A stretch of DNA of 62,942 nucleotides, the filler included, from Nemertoderma westbladi (taxonomy: Eukaryota; Animalia; Xenacoelomorpha): the NCBI GenBank assembly GCA_032718475.1. It is 3 parts of 3 records of this genome, joined end to end, with 100 filler letters (N's around TTAATTAATTAA, not from the genome) between each part and the next. Parts side by side here need not be neighbours in the genome. Positions count along the whole stretch, not along the records: positions 1 to 20,352 come from JAUCBJ010005334.1; 2 more parts are not named here. One strand, given 5' to 3'. Positions 1 to 12,472 of the stretch are shown here, piece after piece. The position numbers and the translations under genes were made by a program. Within the stretch, counting starts at the first letter, position 1. Every line of letters begins with the position of its first letter. A model generated the notes under the pieces. That model was not told where the DNA came from. It saw only the letters and a program-made list of their open reading frames with translations, and searched no databases.

Positions 1-472
1 GAGGGAAGTGAGGGAAGTGAGGGGAAGTGAGTGAGGGAGTGAGGGAAGTGAGGGAAGTGAGGGAAGTGAGGGAGTGAGGGAGTGAGGGAAGTGAGGGAAG
101 TGAGGGAGTGAGGGAAGTGAGGGAGTGAGGGAAGTGAGGAAGTGAGGGAGAGAGTGAGGGAAGTGAGGGAATGAGGGAGTGAGGGAATGAGGGAGTGAGG
201 GTCCCTCACTTCCTCACTCCCACCCTCATTCCCTCACTCCCTCACTCCCTCCCTCACTCCCTCACTTCCTCACTCGCTCCCTCACTCCCTCACTCCCTCA
301 CTCCCTCACTCCCTCCCTCACTCCCTCACTCCCTCCCTCACTCCCTCACTCCCTCACTCCCTCCCTCACTACCTCACTCCCTCATTCCCTCACTCCCTCA
401 CTTCCCTCACTTCCCTCACTTCCTCACTCACTCACTCCCTCACTTCCTCACTCCCTCCCTCACTCCCTCCCT
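1..472. repeat. (GAGTGAGG/GAAGTGAGG)n simple repeat that flips to its reverse complement (CCCTCACT)n at ~202
   Basis: Purine-rich 8-9-bp units at 1-201, then pyrimidine-rich complement at 203-472. Junction reads GTGAGGG-T-CCCTCAC. Confidence 0.9.
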
Positions 473-1149
473 CATGGAGTGTGCGGTCCGGTGCGTGGGC
501 TGCTTCGCAACACAATGTGAAAGAATGCAATCTATTGCAAGACCAGATGTTTATTGTAATTTCTCGGGCGATTTGACAATGGTCTACATGATAACGAAGC
601 TGGAGGTTTAAATAATTAAAAATTCGTGCAACCCCATGTTGGTATACAGTATAACTCAACATAGGATTAAATGGGATTAGTCATGCTACATCTAATAAGA
701 GCCCAAACAGCCACAGATTATTGAGGGGTTGAGCTAGGACCAAACTGGCCCATTTTATTTTCGTGTGAGGCTAATTTATGTTTTGGGCCCCGTTCGCATC
801 TTTATATTTCATTCTATCATTCTACTGTACGACAAAAATAATACAAATGTACTGTATATTGTATTATTGTTCCTATTGTATTGTATATTTCATCTACTGT
901 AGTACAATCTATTCATCTCGCGTCCCTATCTGATTGATTGTGTGTCAAATTAAATTGCCTTTGGCAACATTATTTGATACAAATCGATCGATTAAACAAT
1001 TAATTAATTGTTTAATCGACCAATTAATTAATTGTTTAATTAATTAATGACCTACTTAACACCCAAGGTGCAAAGTGGGACCAACTGTCGCCGAGGATGG
1101 CAAACCATTACTACTTAGGTAAGTTCTGCATCCTCTATCAGAACAACTG

Positions 1150-1560
1150 GTGAACGGTTCGGAAATGGGTGCCCGAGACAGTGCAACCAGGATGCAATAA
1201 GACTTTCCTGCGACCCATGTACTGGTAGTATGAAATTTATATGCCATTGTGCGCTCTTTCAGCCACTCACTCATCACTCATCCATTGTGCACTGGTTGAG
1301 GATGGTTACAAGAGGGCGATGGTCTGTGACTACCTCAAAGCTCTCGAGGCCAAATAAGAAGATCCAGCCCTACCATAGGGCCCAATATATCGCCAGGAGC
1401 TCCAGCTCCGACATGGCATACCGTGCTTCTGTCTCGCTGATAAAGTGGGACCCACACTCCACCGGATGTGTTGTGTCATTGTGGTGTTGGAGAAGGTCAT
1501 ATCCCAAGAAATTGGTATGAAAGGCGTCAGTCTGTAAGATTATGGGTTGGGTATGGGATT
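1150..1560 (-). mobile_element. Degenerate Ty3/Gypsy LTR-retrotransposon pol fragment (RNase H region)
   Basis: ORF 1370-1588(-) gives LQTDAF..LGYDLLQ..PVECGSHFISETEARYAMSELELLAIYWA. Downstream frames give FEVVTDHRPLVTILN and LKERTMAYKF..WVAGK..ALSRAP, the usual Gypsy RNase H motif order, broken by frameshifts. Confidence 0.8.
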
Positions 1561-1697
1561 CCAAATGGATTTCATTTATCAATCCCAAACACTAACACAC
1601 AGTACATAGACTGGTTTACTATGAAAATGGTATTCAACTATATATAACTAACTATTCTTGTTAAAGATCCTTATATTAATTATTTCTTATTGTAAAT

Positions 1698-1924
1698 GGC
1701 GGGAAGGCGAGATAGCTCAGTTGGTTGAGCGCCGGGCCTGCAATCTATTGGTTATAGGTTCATCTCCGCCAGGGTCCACTCAGCCTTTCTTCCACTGGGG
1801 TTGATAAAATGAGTACCAGTTAAATAACTGGGAGCAAATCTTGCCCAAACCTACCCTCGGGTAGCAGCTATCGAAAGAGGAGACTTCGGGTCGCCTCCGG
1901 CTTCGGCCGACTGTTTGCTTTTTT
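1698..1924 (+). mobile_element. tRNA-derived SINE with 11-bp TSD; central domain resembles the MetaSINE core
   Basis: tRNA-like head with A box (TAGCTCAGTTGG) and degenerate B box (GGTTCATCTCC). Core GTCCACTCAGCCTTTC..GATAAAATGAGTACCAG, T-rich tail. TTATTGTAAAT is repeated at 1687-1697 and 1925-1935. Confidence 0.8.
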
Positions 1925-2083
1925 TTATTGTAAATTGTTTATTGTTATTGTTTATGTTTTTGGATATGTACATTTTTAAGTTAGAAAATATATTTAAAAA
2001 AATATATTAATATGTACCACATTATTTTGGATAAATTGTATTCACTGGGATAAGTTGTCTTTCCGGCTTCCCAGTAGTGCCAA

Positions 2084-3450
2084 GTGTGGGCGAGCGACGA
2101 CGTAAGCGAGCTTAGCATGTGGATTCCGCTGTTTCAACCGTTGTCCGTGCGTCGGTACGTTTGTTCCGCCGTTTCAACCGTTGTCTGTGTGTCGGTAAGT
2201 TTGTTCCACCGTTCCAACCGTTGTCTGTGTGTCGGTACGTTTGTTCCGCCGTTTCAACCGTTGTCTGTGTGTCGGTACGTTTGTTCCATCGTTTCAACCG
2301 TTGTCTGTGTGTCGGTACGTTTGTTCCACCGTTCCAACCGTTGTCTGTGTGTCGGTACGTTTGTTCCACCGTTCCAACCGTTGTCTGTGTGTCGGTACGT
2401 TTGTTCCGCCGTTTCAACCGTTGTCTGTTTGTCGGTACGTTTGTTCCACCGTTCCAACCGTTGTATGTGTGTCGGTACGTTTGTTCCGCCGTTTCAACCG
2501 TTGTCTGTTTGTCGGTACGTTTGTTCCACCGTTCCAACCGTTGTATGTGTGTCGGTACGTTTGTTCCGCCGTTTCAACCGTTGTCTGTTTGTCGGTACGT
2601 TTGTTCCACCGTTCCAACCGTTGTCTGTGTGTTGGTACGTTTGTTCCGCCTTTTAAACCGTTGTCTGTGTGTCGGTACGTTTGTTCCGCCGTTTCAACCG
2701 TTGTCTGTGTGTCGGTACGTTTGTTCCATCGTTTCAACCGTTGTCTGTGTCTCGGTACGTTTGTTCCACCGTTCCAACCGTTGTCTGTGTGTCGGTACGT
2801 TTGTTCCACCGTTCCAACCGTTGTATGTGTGTCGGTACGTTTGTTCCGCCGTTTCAACCGTTGTCTGTTTGTCGGTACGTTTGTTCCACCGTTCCAACCG
2901 TTGTCTGTGTGTTGGTACGTTTGTTCCGCCTTTTAAACCGTTGTCTGTTTGTCGGTAAGTTTGTTCCACCGTTCCAACCGTTGTCTGTGTGTCGGTACGT
3001 TTATTCCGCCGTTTCAACTATTGTCTGTGTGTCGGTACGTTTGTCCCGCCATTTCAACCGTTGTCTGTGTGTCGGTACGTTTGTTCCGCCGTTTCAAACG
3101 TTGTCTGTGTGTCGGTACGTTTGTTCCACCGTTCCAACCGTTGTCTGTGTGTCGGTACGTTTGTTCCGCCGGTTCAATCGTTGTCTGTGTGTCGGTACGT
3201 TTGTTCCGCCGTTTCAACCGTTGTCTGTGTGTCGGTACGTTTGTTCCGCCGTTTCAACCGTTGTCTGTGTGTCGGTACGTTTGTTCCGCCGTTTAACCGT
3301 TGCCTGTGTGTCGGTACGTTAGTTCCCGCCGTTTCAACCTTTGTCTGTGTGTCGGTACGTTTGTTCCGCCGTTTCAACCGTTGTTTGTGTGTCGGTACGT
3401 TTACCATATCATTCTGTCTGTCGGCAAATATTTGAAGGCTAGTAACTCAG
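2084..3450. mobile_element. Probable non-autonomous Helitron/Helentron-like element hosting the 40-bp array
   Basis: Left flank GGGCGAGCGACGACGTAAGCGAGC and right flank CTGTCTGTCGGCAAATATTTGAAGGCTAGTAACTCAG both have diverged reverse-complement counterparts at ~3919-4040, where only a short (GACC/GACA)n microsatellite separates them. Confidence 0.45.
2131..3402 (+). repeat. 40-bp minisatellite, ~32 copies (GTTTCAACCGTTGTCTGTGTGTCGGTACGTTTGTTCCGCC)
   Basis: Direct head-to-tail repeat with period 40 and a few recurring variants (TTTC/TTCC, CGCC/CACC). No spacers. Confidence 0.97.
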
Positions 3451-3879
3451 TCAGTAAATATATAATGAAATTATACCTATCTTATTGGTACACATGTAGT
3501 TGGATGTAGAAGTTATTCAGTCTCGACCAGGCAACTGTCCGAAAGAAATCGAGTGAACCTGATGCTACTTTCGAACATTCCTCTCATTCGGACCTTGGAT
3601 AAAGCTAAGCTATGTCAGTTTTCAGTAATATGTTGTAGTCGTAGTGTTTAGGAATTCCATTTCGAAGATGTTTTATTGCACTATTAATTATACAGCTTGA
3701 AAATGTAGTTAATTAATTTAAGCAGGTTTTGCACTTGTGGGGTCTTCACGCAAGGCAAAGTAAGTATGAAAAGCATACGGATACTTCAACCGATGCCTAG
3801 TCGCCCTATAACAGGAGAATGGAGAACAGCAGAGTACCCACACCCTAATTCATTCCAGACTTTTGAGTTTTGACAGTTT

Positions 3880-4040
3880 GCATCTGTACAAAGCTTGGTC
3901 TAATTTCAACAAAGATTGCTGAGTTAATAATTAGCCTTCAAATATTTACCGACCGACAGATAGACCGACCGACCGATAGACCGAGCGATTGATATCATCA
4001 GTAACCGCATGACTTGCTTGCTTACTTCGTCTCTCTACCA
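3880..4040. mobile_element. Second, oppositely oriented copy of the same non-autonomous family, without the expanded array
   Basis: CTGAGTTAATAATTAGCCTTCAAATATTTACCGACCGACAG matches the reverse complement of 3414-3450. CCGCATGACTTGCTTGCTTACTTCGTCTCTCTACCACA matches the reverse complement of ~2085-2122. Confidence 0.45.
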
Positions 4041-4857
4041 CAGATAACATGTGTTTATACATTTTTATTTTGCTATCCATATTTTCTCATACATTATTAT
4101 ACCAACGTCGTATTAAAATAATGTATTTTTTATTCCTACTCTATGGGCAGTGCTCCGGAATGGTATGTGATTAGATTGATAGTATATGGATGGATATGCC
4201 TGCACCATGCATGCATTCAAGCTAAGCATAGATTTAGGCAGCTTTAAATTCCATTTGCACAAATCCAGAAATAATATTTCCTGAAGCTTAGTTATAATCT
4301 CTTCCAAGCCTAGTTATAATCTCGCCTAGGCGTCCGTCCCATTGCACCGGCTATTTACATGCATTGAGGTATCCAATGAGATTTGTTCACATGCACAATC
4401 ACTCATTGGTTGAAATCGTTTTTCACCTGAACTACTTATATGGTCAGAGTCCTTCATTCTTCACATTTGAACACATAATTCAGTAGTTTAGTTTAATTAT
4501 TTAAGTCAATTTCGGCGATGTTCCGGAGGTTGCACCTGTTCTTCCAGGATTCCAGGTTGGACGCCATTCCCCAGAAAACATAAAGAATAATTGTATCTCT
4601 ACCTGTCAGGGGTTAATGAGGGTAAGTTTAGCATCTTTGAATTAATAATTTACTTTCATTTTAGAAAAAGCTTTAGAAGCTTTAAAAGACTACCCAATAT
4701 AATAATAATTATTATTATTATCATCTTTAATCCAGAAAATTTAAAATTATAACTATTAACAGCAATAAAATAAATCTCTCAAATCGTAATCTAAAAATAA
4801 TGCAACCTACAGTAGTATTAAGTAGCAGTAGCACAATATGACAATAATAGTTTCTAA

Positions 4858-5109
4858 TTAAGTTGACAATTCTAAATCGCACATGGCCCGAATTCTAGAA
4901 TATATATAAGACTCATTATAGACACAGGTTACCAAACTACAGCTGGAGTTAATTATACGTGAATTTAAACTTGAAATTGAGCGGTACCTAAAATGTATAA
5001 AACAAGGATAGTTATGAGCACCAAAGAATTCAGACATACTACTCCTGTGAGGTATCTTAAATAGCATTCTTGCAGCATTGTTATATGAAACTCTAGCCCT
5101 TGTGTACAC
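4858..5109 (-). mobile_element. 3' fragment of a LINE ORF2 (RTE-X/Proto2-like C-terminus)
   Basis: ARVSYNNAARMLFKIPHRSSMSEFF...SLNSRIINSSCSLV fits the post-RT pattern RV.YNN..R.L...P...S.S..F seen in this LINE group. Confidence 0.6.
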
Positions 5110-5373
5110 GCCAGATTATATACTGTATTGTTATTATTATTATTATAATATACAGTAAGTATCAGCTTATTAATAGTTGTGAGTTAACTACACAAGTGAT
5201 AAGTAAATGATGGTGTATAATTTAGGTGCCCTAGAGGAAGAACATTTCGTAGTTATTTTGTAGTTGTAGATATGAACAAGCGCGAAATGGCTCAAAGATA
5301 TGCGTCTACTAGCGCATGAATTGTCCTTATTACTGCGCCTTATTACTAAAACCTAACTGGAATTTTACAACAA

Positions 5374-6438
5374 CACCAACAACAACGGAGTGAATACTAG
5401 AGGTCTCGCTACTACCAACAACAACGGAGTGAATACTAGAGGTCTCGCTACACCAACAACAACGGAGTGAATACTAGAGGTCTCGCTACACCAACAACAA
5501 CGGAGTGAATACTAGAGGTCTCGCTACACCAACAACAACGGAGTGAATACTAGAGGTCTCGCTACACCAACAACAACGGAGTGAATACTAGAGGTCTCGC
5601 TACACCAACAACAACGGAGTGAATACTAGAGGTCTCGCTACACCAACAACAACAGAGTGAATACTAGAGGTCTCGCTACACCAACAACAACGGAGTGAAT
5701 ACTAGAGGTCTCGCTACACCAACACCAATGGAGTGAATACTAGAGGTCTCGCTACACCAACAACAACAGAGTGAATACTAGAGGTCTCGCTACACCAACA
5801 CCAATGGAGTGAATACTAGAGGTCTCGCTACACCAACAACAACAGAGTGAATACTAGAGGTCTCGCTACACCAACACCAATGGAGTGAATACTAGAGGTC
5901 TCGCTACACCAACAACAACAGAGTGAATACTAGAGGTCTCGCTACACCAACAACAACAGAGTGAATACTAGAGGTCTCGCTACACCAACACCAATGGAGT
6001 GAATACTAGAGGTCTCGCTACACCAACAACAACAGAGTGAATACTAGAGGTCTCGCTACACCAACAACAACGGAGTGAATACTAGAGGTCTCGCTACACC
6101 AACACCAATGGAGTGAATACTAGAGGTCTCGCTACACCAACAACAACAGAGTGAATACTAGAGGTCTCGCTACACCAACAACAACGGAGTGAATACTAGA
6201 GGCCTCGCTACACCAACAACAACGGAGTGAATACTAGAGGTCTCGCTACACCAACAACAACGGAGTGAATACTAGAGGTCTCGCTACACCAACAACAACG
6301 GAGTGAATACTTGAGGTCTCGCTACACCAACAACAACGGAGTGAATACTAGAGGTCTCGCTACACCAACAACAACGGAGTGAATACTAGAGGTCTCGCTA
6401 CACCAACAACAATGGAGTGAATACTAGAGGTCTCGCTA
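5374..6438 (+). repeat. 38-bp minisatellite, ~28 copies (CACCAACAACAACGGAGTGAATACTAGAGGTCTCGCTA)
   Basis: Period 38 (units start at 5451, 5489, ...). Variants ACAACGG, ACAACAG and CCAATGG alternate in the middle of the array. Confidence 0.97.
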
Positions 6439-7780
6439 AGCGGACTTAAAAACGGCATAGTGTAATTACGTACTGTTGGACGATCGTCTTTTTCCTGCTG
6501 ACAACAACGCCCGGTTTATACTTCGTCTGAGAGGTCAGACGTTTGCTGTACTTGTCAGCTCAGAGACGTGACAGGATTGATATGCTCCATATATAATGGG
6601 CATAGTTATATGAACATGCAGACACACAACCAGACAAACACAGTTCATCGCTGGCTGCTGTTATTGTGTGCAGATGCGATGCACTCCTGTATAATAAATA
6701 CAATAATATATTCCAGTAATAAAAGAAATGTAATTGACAAAGCATTTGCTTAAGCTTTGTAAGTAAAATGGATTAGAGGCTGATAAATATGCAATCAGTG
6801 TGAATTTTTAGGGCCATTATTCGGGCACCAGATTGTATGGATCTGACTTCCTTAATGTGATTATTACTTGGATATGGCAGGGAGCGAATTCTGGCACACA
6901 TAGTGTTCTATGATATAATTCAATTCATAATTGGAGTCGGGAGAAATTTTCGGTATTGTTCGAACTGGAGTCTGTGGGCTCTGATAAAGTATGTGATTGA
7001 GGACCACCTTATAGCGGTAGTAAATCATATCGTGTGCACCAAATCAACCACAAAGTGTTGAAAAATTGCAGTTGCTCTGACTTTTATTGTAATATGGTCT
7101 CAAGAGGCTTGTCAATATCATAGCAGTTGATTGAAAATAATGTTTTATAATTTGATATTTTTGTTCACAGCTCATATTCTGGAAGTTATTCGCTTGACAC
7201 TCAGTAGTATCTTGCACTGATCTAGGAAAAAGTACCCAGATGAGTAAAGTAAGTTTAGTTATTGTGAAACACAAAATATCGGAGGCATACTGAATGTTCG
7301 CCACATTTGGCCGCTTGTGTGGCCGGCCTACCATTTAAGGATGCGCCCTGGCGCCTGTCCCCCATGCGGGGATCATACCCGCGGACTTCCAGAGAGATGT
7401 GAATTTAAGGATCGGGATCTAGCCACTACTTCAATGTGGGACACCATAAAAGGTCATGTAGACTACTGGCATAAGCATAGTAGCGATATTTGTTACTTCT
7501 AGCCAAGGTGGCCTGTGCGTGCAGTGTCCAGGCAGGTCGCATTTTCGTCATTAATATAGGTCAATAACCTTATTTAGAATTTCAATTGGTCAACTAAGGA
7601 GCTAGTTTAATCAGAATGAGCCATCAACAGGGGGTCCAACAGTGCTTGTGATCCACCATGTGAAATATAATCAATACATACAGTATTATAGATAGTGGCA
7701 CTCGCATATTCAACGCACTCAATTGATGAACTGCCTCCTTCACGGCAGGAAATAATCGAAATTCCAAACATTTAGAGGTT

Positions 7781-10718
7781 CATACTTCAACCCCATACCT
7801 CAACCCCATACCTCACCCCATACCTCAACCCCATACCTCAACCCCATACCTCACCCCATACCTCACCCCATACCTCAACCCCATACCTCATCCCCATACT
7901 TCAACCCCATACCTCAACCCCATACCTCACCCCATACCTCAACCCCATACCTCAACCCCATACCTCAACCCCATACCTCACCCCATACCTCAACCCCATA
8001 CCTCAACCCCATACCTCAACCTCATACCTCACCCCATACCTCAACCCCATACCTCAACCCCATACCTCACCCCATACCTCAACCCCATACCTCAACCCCA
8101 TACCTCAACCTCATACCTCACCCCATACCTCAACCCCATACCTCAACCCCATACCTCAACCCCATACCTCAACCTCATACCTCACCCCATACCTCAACCC
8201 CATACCTCAACCCCATACCTCAACCCCATACCTCACCCCATACCTCAACCCCATACCTCATCCTCATACCTCAACCCCATACCTCAACCCCATACCTCAC
8301 CCCATACCTCAACCCCATACCTCAACCCCATACCTCAACCCCATACCTCACCCCATACCTCAACCCCATACCTCAACCCCATACCTCAACCTCATACCTC
8401 ACCCCATACCTCACCCCATACCTCAACCCCATACCTCAACCCCATACCTCACCCCATACCTCAACCCCATACCTCAACCCCATACCTCACCCCATACCTC
8501 ACCCCATACCTCAACCCCATACCTCAACCCCATACCTCAACCCCATACCTCAACCCCATACCTCAACCCCATACCTCACCCCATACCTCAACCCCATACC
8601 TCACCCCATACCTCACCCCATACCTCAACCCCATACCTCAACCCCATACCTCACCCCATACCTCAACCCCATACCTCAACCCCATACCTCAACCTCATAC
8701 CTCACCCCATACCTCAACCCCATACCTCACCCCATACCTCAACCCCATACCTCAACCCCATACCTCAACCCCATACCTCAACCCCATACCTCAACCCCAT
8801 ACCTCAACCCCATACCTCAACCCCATACCTCACCCCATACCTCAACCCCATACCTCAACCCCATACCTCACCCCATACCTCAACCCCATACCTCACCCCA
8901 TACCTCAACCCATACCTCAACCTCATACCTCAACCTCATACCTCAACCCCATACCTCAACCCCATACCTCAACCCCATACCTCAACCCCATACCTCACCC
9001 CATACCTCACCCCATACCTCAACCCCATACCTCAACCTCATACCTCAACCCCATACCTCAACCCCATACCTCACCCCATACCTCAACCCCATACCTCAAC
9101 CCCATACCTCACCCCATACCTCACCCCATACCTCAACCCCATACCTCAACCCCATACCTCAACCTCATACCTCACCCCATACCTCAACCCCATACCTCAA
9201 CCCCATACCTCACCCCATACCTCAACCCCATACCTCAACCCCATACCTCAACCTCATACCTCACCCCATACCTCAACCCCATACCTCAACCCCATACCTC
9301 AACCCCATACCTCACCCCATACCTCAACCCCATACCTCATCCTCATACTTCAACCCCATACCTCAACCCCATACCTCACCCCATACCTCAACCCCATACC
9401 TCAACCCCATACCTCAACCCCATACCTCACCCCATACCTCAACCCCATACCTCAACCCCATACCTCAACCTCATACCTCACCCCATACCTCAACCCCATA
9501 CCTCACCCCATACCTCAACCCCATACCTCAACCCCATACCTCAACCCCATACCTCAACCTCATACCTCAACCCCATACCTCACCCCATACCTCAACCCCA
9601 TACCTCAACCCCATACCTCAACCTCATACCTCAACCCATACCTCAACCCCATACCTCAACCCCATACCTCAACCCCATACCTCAACCTCATACCTCAACC
9701 CCATACCCCAACCTCATACCTCAACCTCATACCTCAACCCCATACCTCAACCTCATACCTCAACCTCATACCTCAACCTCATACCTCAACCTCATACCTC
9801 AACCCCATACCTCAACCTCATACCTCAACCCCATACCTCAACCCCATACCTCAACCCCATACCTCAACCCCATACCTCAACCTCATACCTCAACCCCATA
9901 CCTCACCCCATACCTCACCCTCATACCTCAACCTCATACCTCAACCTCATACCTCAACCCCATACCTCAACCTCATACCTCAACCTCATACCTCAACCTC
10001 ATACCTCAACCCCATACCTCAACCCCATACCTCAACCTCATACCTCAACCTCATAACTCAACCTCATACCTCAACCCCATACCTCAACCTCATACCTCAA
10101 CCCCATACCTCACCCCATACCTCACCCCATACCTCACCCCACACCTCAACCTCATACCTCAACCTCATACCTCAACCCCATACCTCACCCCATACCTCAC
10201 CCCATACCTCAACCCCATACCTCACCCCACATACCTCACCCCATACCTCACCCCATACCTCAACCCCATACCTCAACCTCATAACTCAACCTCATACCTC
10301 AACCCCATACCTCAACCTCATACCTCACCCCATACCTCACCCCATACCTCACCCCATACCTCACCCCACACCTCAACCTCATACCTCACCCCATACCTCA
10401 ACCCCATACCTCACCCCATACCTCACCCCATACCTCACCCCACATACCTCAACCCCATACCTCAACCCCATACCTCACCCCATACCTCACCCCATACCTC
10501 ACCCCATACCTCAACCCCATACCTCAACCCCATACCTCAACCTCATACCTCAACCCCATACCTCACCCCATACCTCAACCCCATACCTCAACCCCATACC
10601 TCAACCTCATACCTCAACCCATACCTCAACCCCATACCTCACCCCATACCTCAACCCCATACCTCACCCCATACCTCACCCCACACCTCACCCCATACTT
10701 CACACCATACCTCACCCA
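7781..10718 (+). repeat. 12/13-bp minisatellite (CCCCATACCTCA[A])n, ~2.9 kb
   Basis: Continuous array of CCCCATACCTCAA, CCCCATACCTCA and CCTCATACCTCAA units with no G on the + strand. Confidence 0.97.
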
Positions 10719-12472
10719 TTTATTGTTATGAGATCTTTAGTTCACAAAGCCAATGGCGTAGCCAGGCTTCAGGCAAATTTTTGAAAATTTTGTGTTAAAA
10801 CTTTACACTTTATTGGTTCTCTACACAGCCAGTTACCGCGCAATGTTCACTACTCTCTATGCTCTTCGTCGAAGCCGAGGGCGTACGGCTATGTACCCAA
10901 GGTACTACTAGTGCAGTAGGTAGGCCTATAATGGTGATGTACTTAATGGATAGTTGCGACTAAGAATGTTATGCTTAATTTTTTTACATAGGGTTTGAAT
11001 AATCTAATAAAATCTTGTGAAATATTAATGGGATGAATATAAAGAAATTTGCAATATATATTATGTATTATATTTTGTATTTAATTATATTACAATTAAA
11101 ATATATTCAATATAGTATATTATTATAATTTTTATTTAATGAAATTAAAATTAAAATATATTCAATATATTATATTATTATATATTTTGGTGTTATAGTG
11201 CTGTGCATTATTATAATCTGGTATCTGGTAAGCCGCTAGCGGCTGGGGGCATGAGCCCATGACATTAAAATTCAATTCATTCATTCATTCATTATAATTT
11301 TTATTTAATTAAATTATAATTAACATTTTAAATTTATTTCAAAAAGTTAGAAATTTGCTAAAACAATATGGATATTGAATTTGGAATTTATTAAGAAAAA
11401 AAGTAAAAAGATTTATAATACTTAAACTTAACAAATAATATTATGAACATGTTTACTAGGGCGGTGCGTTTTTTACTTTTTTTCGATTTCATTGTTCTAC
11501 CGGTGCACAAAAGTTGCCAAATGGTATAAAAATAAGGCAAAAAAAATTTCTTTCAATTTCGTCTATATCTTCACGGATCCCAAGAGGGTTGAAATTTTGT
11601 GCCATCGCGATGCACCATAATGAAATTTATAACAATATAACACATTGATGAAAGAACAATGACTCAAAAAAGAACTTCCTGCATGCATCAAATGTCATCA
11701 AATGGGTCCAAACTTAGTTAGATACCAAAATTTTAATTTTTGGATCAAGGAAACTAGTGCCACAGGCACGTGGCCACAACCTACCATTTGGCGCAAGTGA
11801 TGATTATTCTCAATTTTCGCGATGGCCAACTATGAGTTCTCCTACTGCATTCATATTATGCTCATTAGAACCGCAATGGCCGATTTAGTGGGGGTAGACA
11901 CCTTCAAAACAAACGTAGAGCGAATAGTTCTTGAGATATCGCAGAAAATGTGAAGTCCGGCACAAGTCTACATTACCGCCTTGATGTGATATCACCTTGA
12001 TGTAATACACTAAAATGAGATTTTGAATTATCTCAAGGAATCACGAATAGACACATCACAGAAATGATCGATATAGTGGGTGAAGACACCTTCAAAATAA
12101 GAATAGAGTCATTAGTTCTTGAGTTATTTTACAAAATGTCAAGTCTATGTCCACCAATTAATACTTGATATTGAGTTGACCCATTCCACACATTTTGTAC
12201 AAAAACTATAGTGAATTAATCACTACTCTTTAATTTTGAAGTTGTCTGTATACACTAAATCAATTTGTTGCAGTGATGTTATATTTTTGATGCCTTAAGA
12301 TAATTAGAAGTAACATTTTTATGTATTGTCTATAAATCATCAAGGCGGTAATGTTGACTTGTGCCGTACTTTACATTTTCTGCAATATCTCAAGATCTAT
12401 TCGCTCTATGCATGTTTTGATGGTGTCTACCCCCACTAAATCGGTCATTGCGGTTCTAATGAGCATAATATT

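Noticed and set aside
195-662. ORFs rich in Pro/Ser/Leu/His
   Set aside because: Translation of the (CCCTCACT)n simple repeat.
1706-1770. Functional tRNA gene
   Set aside because: Degenerate B box and no proper acceptor stem. It continues into a SINE body flanked by a TSD.
2131-3402. CRISPR-like appearance (unit starts GTTTCAA, ~40 bp)
   Set aside because: Units are head-to-tail with no unique spacers, no cas genes are present and the context is eukaryotic.
2084-3509. Many overlapping ORFs of 67-279 aa on both strands
   Set aside because: They are translations of the stop-poor 40-bp repeat, not genes.
6760-7500. Possible decayed coding or transposase sequence
   Set aside because: No motif could be recognised with confidence in any frame.
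10751-10900. Possible MITE starting CAATGGCGTAGCCAGG
   Set aside because: The right terminus is too degenerate and no TSD could be identified.
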